Origin: Tubiluchus corallicola
Lineage: Eukaryota > Animalia > Priapulida
Direction of reading: 5' to 3'
Length of the DNA stretch: 64,000 nt
NCBI GenBank assembly: GCA_030141605.1
Contig: JAQGDQ010000745.1
Location: forward strand, 38,878 to 102,877
Each line of letters starts with the position of its first letter. Position 1 is the first letter of the stretch. The position numbers were made by a program, and so were the translations under genes. Positions 53,326-64,000 of the stretch are shown one piece after another. The notes under the pieces are model-generated. The model searched no databases. It was not told where the DNA came from and was given only the letters and a program-made list of their open reading frames with translations.

Positions 53326-54657
53326 AAACTGTTGTTCTGCGTTCCCTGCCCTCTGTGAATACCTAGATTTTGATTTGATAAGGAAAAATTGCAAGAATTT
53401 CGACGAGGGTTGAATAAAGAACTCAAATTAGAACACTTGCGCAGTTTTATTTGGAGAAATTATTTTCAATTATTTTGTTTACTGTCGTTGTCCTGGTTAC
53501 AGCATCTGTTAGCAACAGTTGCTAAGTCAATGACCAAGTACAGAAAACATGGGAAACTTACAAGTAAAACTCACATCTCTTCTAGCACTGATTTTGCTGG
53601 TAATTTGTACACAGGTGAGAGTTATGGTGGCAGGTAAAGGATACAGACATCTGGGCGTTTGACAGTAGGTAGAGCTTCTTATGATGATAGAGAGTAAACG
53701 AAGGTAAGCAACGCTAGGACTGATCAGTGAATGGCTTGCTATCTCCTCGGTTCGACACTGTTTGGGGTTAATTTTATTCGCATAACTAATTTTGGTTGTT
53801 TACCTTGTCGCACGAGGGTGTATGCACAACCAAAAGTGGCCCAGTCAGCTCTTATTGTAAAACCATATTTATTTATTGTTTGCTGTATAAAAGTGCTTTA
53901 TCGACAAAATGGGATTCATAGACATGGTGTTTATGATGTCAGCAGATGTGATTTCACCAGAAATCGTTATATATAGTCATGACCCAAATATGCCTTCAGT
54001 TAATCTACACATCGTTCAGAAATAACTAAAGGTGCACGACTAAAAAGATGTACCTCACAGAACAGGTCTTATAAGATCTATGACTTTTCTGCTACTGTAT
54101 GAGTACAGGCATAACTAAATGATTACAAATTAGGTACCGTTCTATTCAGAAGAACTTCGGCTATCCAATCATTCTATTTGTTTAAGCATTTATGAGTGTT
54201 TTAATTTGACAAAATTAATAAAAATAGGCCCTTTTCAGACACTCCAAATTAACTTGTCGAGTAGCTTAGTTTGCCTTACATTTACGTGATCGTATACACA
54301 ATTGCCTGCTTGCTACAGCCCAAGCTGTGCAGTGTTCATCATTTGACAGGAATATTCCATTAAAAAAGAATAGACTCGAGGCCAAAGTTTATCAGGGTGT
54401 TGTGTCTGGATAGTTGAAATTTTTTGCATTAGCCGATTTCACACAAGTGCTACTGTACATTGTTACAGTGCAAACACTGCAGTTACTGAAAGCTTTTTTT
54501 GATTTTTTTTCGTCAAAATCGATTCGTAATTTGTCTAAGGTAAGCAAATGTACTTCGTGTGTAATTTTGCATGAAAATCCATTGCATAGAAGATTCACAG
54601 TGGGAATTTATGGAGCAAAAATTATCGAATACAACGTAACCGGTACATGATGAGTGC

Positions 54658-57980
<3,323 letters not shown>

Positions 57981-58066
57981 CATAAAAAACTTAAACTCGT
58001 CAAAATGTTTGTTACGAAGCATTTTTTGTATGTATTTTTGGTTAAAAACTTAATGGAGTAGATAAA

Positions 58067-58740
<674 letters not shown>

Positions 58741-59243
58741 TATTCCTAGAATTTATCTAGTTAACCCTAACCCAAAAAAGTTAAAATAGCTCTAGAAGAC
58801 AGATAACATTAACAGCATTTTTACATGCTGAAACATAAGAAAACACAAAAAGAAAAAAGGCTAGTCACATGCGGTACTAAATCATTCAGTTCTGCTGCCC
58901 CAAATGTGGAATTTTAAGTCCCTGCAATTCGCCTGATCAAGTCGCTCTGTAATTTTAAAAAAATGTAGGAAAATTGACTATATTAATGAGCCTTTTGTGC
59001 TTGAATTAATCTTGTATTTTTTACACGTGTATATTTTATGGCACTTAATTTTATTATTTCATTATTTATTAAATAAATGATATTTTATTATTTTTCCTTT
59101 TTGTGTTATTCAATGTACTTTTAATCAATCGATGTGCCATGGTCTTTTATATCTTATGAAGTAATTTTTTTAATAATTTTGATGATACTTTTATTTGTAA
59201 CATGCATTTGATCATCATGTAAAATGCATTAAATATATTCAAT

Positions 59244-59710
<467 letters not shown>

Positions 59711-61659
59711 CCGAGGCTCATTTAACAGACGATATTAGCAATAACGCAGCTGCTCGTATCTAAAATTAATAGAAATGCTGCCTCAGAAAATTTTAGCCAT
59801 TTTTTTAATTCTGTGTAAAACGTAACAGACACATGTAATATTAATGTTGTAGTTGTATTTAAAGATCAGGTGTTGAACTGTCTCTTTTCTTAACTGTAAC
59901 TTTCTCATGGAAAGACAACTGTGAAATATTAAGCTGTTGTAGTTCACTTACAGTCACAGAACTTATTTCTTGGGGATGCAAGGCGTCCATTATTAAATAA
60001 TTTGTGTTTTAAGCGCACGCGCTAAGTTTACACTTTATCAGATCCAAGAATATGACGGTACAAGGTAAGCACGTGGCAATTGTTACTGCGTGGGAGACAG
60101 TACTTTGATTACCCAGCAGCGGTCGCTAGCGTGCAGCGTGTACAGACATGTGCGCAAATCCGCGCAACAGCTGAACACCCACGTTGCTTGGGCTGTGAGG
60201 CAAACAGTACCACCCTCACATCCTCTGGTTCTGTACAAGTAGAAAGAAAGAACTAAAGAGAAAAAACCTATTATATTGAATATTACTGATAATATTGGGT
60301 GAAAATAGGGGGCGCTGCAGTTCCGCAGAAACAATACACGAGCCGCCCCAGCATTAACAGCTATTCAGTGACTTGCAAAACAACACAGGTAAGGACGCAA
60401 CACACAAACAACGAATTATAAGTTTATTTATTTCCACTCTGTATCTAACAATTATAATAAAAATACAGACAATTTCACTGAAGTAAATTTAAATATAAAT
60501 GCAATATAATCCAGAAATTGCAAAATGCAGCATATACATGTGCAAATTACATTACAGAATAATTTTGATGCATACAGTTTGAGCCTAAAAGCATAGCTTG
60601 ACAGGTGAAACTGTACATGGAAATCTTAAAAAAAAGATTAATAATTGAAATAATGAAATAATGATAATATATACATAAAAGTGGGGGGAGTAGTGAATGA
60701 AAGATGAAATAGAGTGAGAACTAAGAAAAACTGTGATCATGATAATAAAGTGTTCAGTAACCTGTTGAGCATAGTCACGTTATATTAAGATTACTGTGGA
60801 AAAAAATGCAGGTGATTACCATCATCAAACTGTGTTACTCTTAATACTTAAAACTTAATATGAGAATACGTGTAAAAAAATGCAGGACTAAGTCATGCGT
60901 CAGATAGACGCAGTGTTAGAAATTGCAGGCAGATTATCAAAATGTAATATTACAAGTGACTTTATTTTATTAATTTGCAAACATATTCAATTAATGCTAA
61001 TTATTACACTAATTTACGTATCCATGCATCTACCCCCAGCAGTAGGTAGAGGTACTCTTGGTGTTATCATATGTCTATACAACTAGACCTATAATAATTA
61101 ATAATAAATACAATACAGGTAAAGAATTATACGACATTAATGGTAAGAACATTGAGTAACTTGTTTCCCTGAGTAAAAAAACTAAAAGTAGCAACTCGTC
61201 AAGAATTTCATTTGTTTCATCTTACAGTTAACCTAGTTAACTTCTCGCTGTATGTGTATAACAATGCCAGTAAACTCACTAATTACAACCAAGGCACTTA
61301 ACAAGTTCAGGACTGGTTTTAATAAGGTCTCTACGCGTTCACAAGATTTAGCATTGCTACATAGAGGCAGGATAAATATATACCCAGACAAAACGATTTT
61401 GCTTTGCCATACGCGATGCATTTTCAGCAACGTAGAGCGTTAAAAGTTTCTGTCCGCATTCTTATCTGTGCTGTTATTATTTTAGTTATCGAATTTTTTA
61501 TGAGCTCAACGATAAAGAGTCCAGTTCTACATCGCTTGTATGCATGTGAAAATGAGAAATGTCTAACGGGTGAGTTTGATGAACCATTGAACTATGAATT
61601 TTATTTCACACATGAAAAAATACAATATCAAAGACATTAATAAACTTTAAATAAAATGA

Positions 61660-62910
61660 TTTGAATAGTGCGAGGTGAGTGTACGACCATACGGTCATTA
61701 ACACACTCACCTTACTTAAATGAAAAAATGATTATAGTTATGCATGCTTCTGTAGATAACTTAATGTAAATAAGGATGAAGTAAATGATGTAATAATTTC
61801 AGTAGTGCGAGGTGAGTGTACGACCATACGGTCATTAACACACTCACCTTACTCAAATGAAAAAATGATTATAGTTATGCATGCTTCTGTAGATAACTTA
61901 ATGTAAATAAGGATGAAGTAAATGATGTAATAATTTTAGTGTGAGGTGAGTGTACGACCATACGGTCATTAACACACTCACCTTACTTAAATGAAAAAAT
62001 GATTATAGTTATGCATGCTTCTGTAGATAACTTAATGTAAATAAGGATGAAGTAAATGATGTAATAATTTGAGCAGTGCGAGGTGAGTGTACGACCATAT
62101 GGTCATTAACACACTCACCTTACTTAAATGAAAAAATGATTATAGTTATGCATGCTTCTGTAGATAACTTAATGTAAATAAGGATGGAGTAAATGATGTA
62201 ATAATTTGAGTAGTGCGAGGTGAGTGTACGACCATATGGTCATTAACACACTCACCTTACTTAAATGAATATAGTTTAGCATGCTTCTGTAGACAACTTA
62301 ATGTAAATAAAGATGAAGTAAATGATGTAATAATTTTAGTAGTGCGAGGTGAGTGTACGACCATACGGTCATTAACACACTCACCTTACTTAAATGAATA
62401 TAGTTTAGCATGCTTCTGTAGACAACTTAATGTAAATAAAGATGAAGTAAATGATGTAATAATTTGAGTAGTGCGAGGTGAGTGTACGACCATACGGTCA
62501 TTAACACACTCACCTTACTTAAATGAAAAAATGATTATAGTTATGCATGCTTCTGTAGATAACTTAATGTAAATAAAGATGAAGTAAATGATGTAATAAT
62601 TTGAGTAGTGCGAGGTGAGTGTACGACCATACGGTCATTAACACACTCACCTTACTTAAATGAAAAAATGATTATAGTTATGCATGCTTCTGTAGATAAC
62701 TTAATGTAAATAAAGATGAAGTAAATGATGTAATAATTTGAGTAGTGCGAGGTGAGTGTACGACCATACGGTCATTAACACACTCACCTTACTTAAATGA
62801 AAAAATGATTATAGTTATGCATGCTTCTGTAGATAACTTAATGTAAATAAGGATGAAGTAAATGATGTTATAATTTGAGTAGTGCGAGGTGAGTGTACGA
62901 CCATATGGTC
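61660..62910. repeat. ~137-bp tandem repeat, about 9 copies, each with a hairpin
   Basis: Unit starts agtgcgaggtgagtgtacgaccatacggtcattaacacactcaccttac...; period 137 (61667 to 61804). Confidence 0.96.
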
Positions 62911-64000
62911 ATTTGCCCTTCTATGGCCTGTACTTGTGTTCTGGCTTATTATTTGCCCTTATATGGCCTGTACTTGTGTTTTGGCTTATTATCTGCCCCT
63001 ACATGGCCTGTACTTGTGTTCTGTTTTATTATTTGCCCTCATGTGACCTGTACTTGTGTTCTAGCTTATTATTTGCTCTTATATGGCCTGTACTTGTGTT
63101 CTGTCTTATTATTTGCCCTTATATGGCCTGTACTTGTGTTCTAGCTTATTATTTGCCCTCATGTGACCTGTACTTGTGTTCTAGCTTATTATTTGCCCTT
63201 ATATGGCCTGTACTTGTGTTCTGTCTTATTATTTGCCCTCATATGACCTGTACTTGTGTTCTGTCTTATTATTTGCCCTCATGTGACCTGTACTTGTGTT
63301 CTAGCTTATTATTTGCCCTTATATGGCCTGTACTTGTGCTCTGTCTTAGTATTTGCCCTCATATGACCTGTACTTGTGTTCTGTCTTATTATTTGTCCTT
63401 CTATGGCCTGTACTTGTGTTCTGTCTTATAATTTGTCTTTCTATGGCCTGCACTTGTGTTCTGTCTTATTATTTGCCCTTCTGCGGCCTGTATTTGTGTT
63501 CTGTCTTATTATTTATCCTTCTACGGCCTGTACTTGTGTTCTGTCTTATTATTTGCCCTTCTACGGCCTGTACTTGTGTTCTGTCTTATTATTTGCCCTT
63601 CTATGGCCTGTACTTGTGTTCTGTCTTATTATTTGCCCTTATATGGCCTGTACTTGTGTTCTGTCTTATTATTTGCCCTTCTACGGCCTGTACTTGTGTT
63701 CTTTCTTATTATTTGCCCTTCTACGGCCTGTACTTGTGTTCTGACTGATTTTTTGCTCTTATATGGCCTGTACTTGTGTTCTGTCTTATTATTTGCCCTT
63801 CTGTGGCCTGTACTTGTGTTCTTTCTTATTATTTGCCCTTCTACGGCCTGTACTTGTGTTCTGTCTTATTATTTGCCCTCATATGGCCTGTACTTGTGTT
63901 CTGTCTTATTATTTGTCCTTCTACGGCCTGTACTTGTGTTCTGTCTTATTATTTGCCCTTCTACGGCCTGTACTTGTGTTCTTTCTTATTATTTGCCCTT
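62911..64000. repeat. 40-bp minisatellite running off the window end
   Basis: Unit atttgcccttctatggcctgtacttgtgttctgtcttatt, about 27 copies. Confidence 0.97.

Noticed and set aside
61660-62910. Hammerhead ribozyme in the satellite units
   Set aside because: The core CTGANGA...GAAA arrangement was not found on either strand by eye.

Overview
Eukaryotic (invertebrate animal, probably lophotrochozoan-like; species not identifiable) genomic DNA with spliceosomal introns and many repeats; no prokaryotic features or CRISPR. The left half holds conserved housekeeping genes: aftiphilin (-) and NEURL4 (-), both with intronless coding regions, a multi-exon C2H2 zinc-finger gene (+) head-to-head with NEURL4, and MMGT1/EMC5 (-, 3 coding exons). 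The right half holds three consecutive plus-strand genes for apparently secreted Cys-rich proteins: a single-exon CX3CX3C/poly-Thr precursor with furin-type sites flanked by inverted repeats, an Ig plus EGF-repeat protein with a polybasic tail, and a prokineticin/astakine-fold protein fused to a Lys-punctuated Thr mucin tail. Introns and spacers contain non-autonomous hAT, Tc1/pogo, piggyBac-like and Helitron elements, a tRNA-derived SINE, LINE remnants and many mini/microsatellites. All gene models were assembled by eye from splice signals and frame continuity; no database searches were run.
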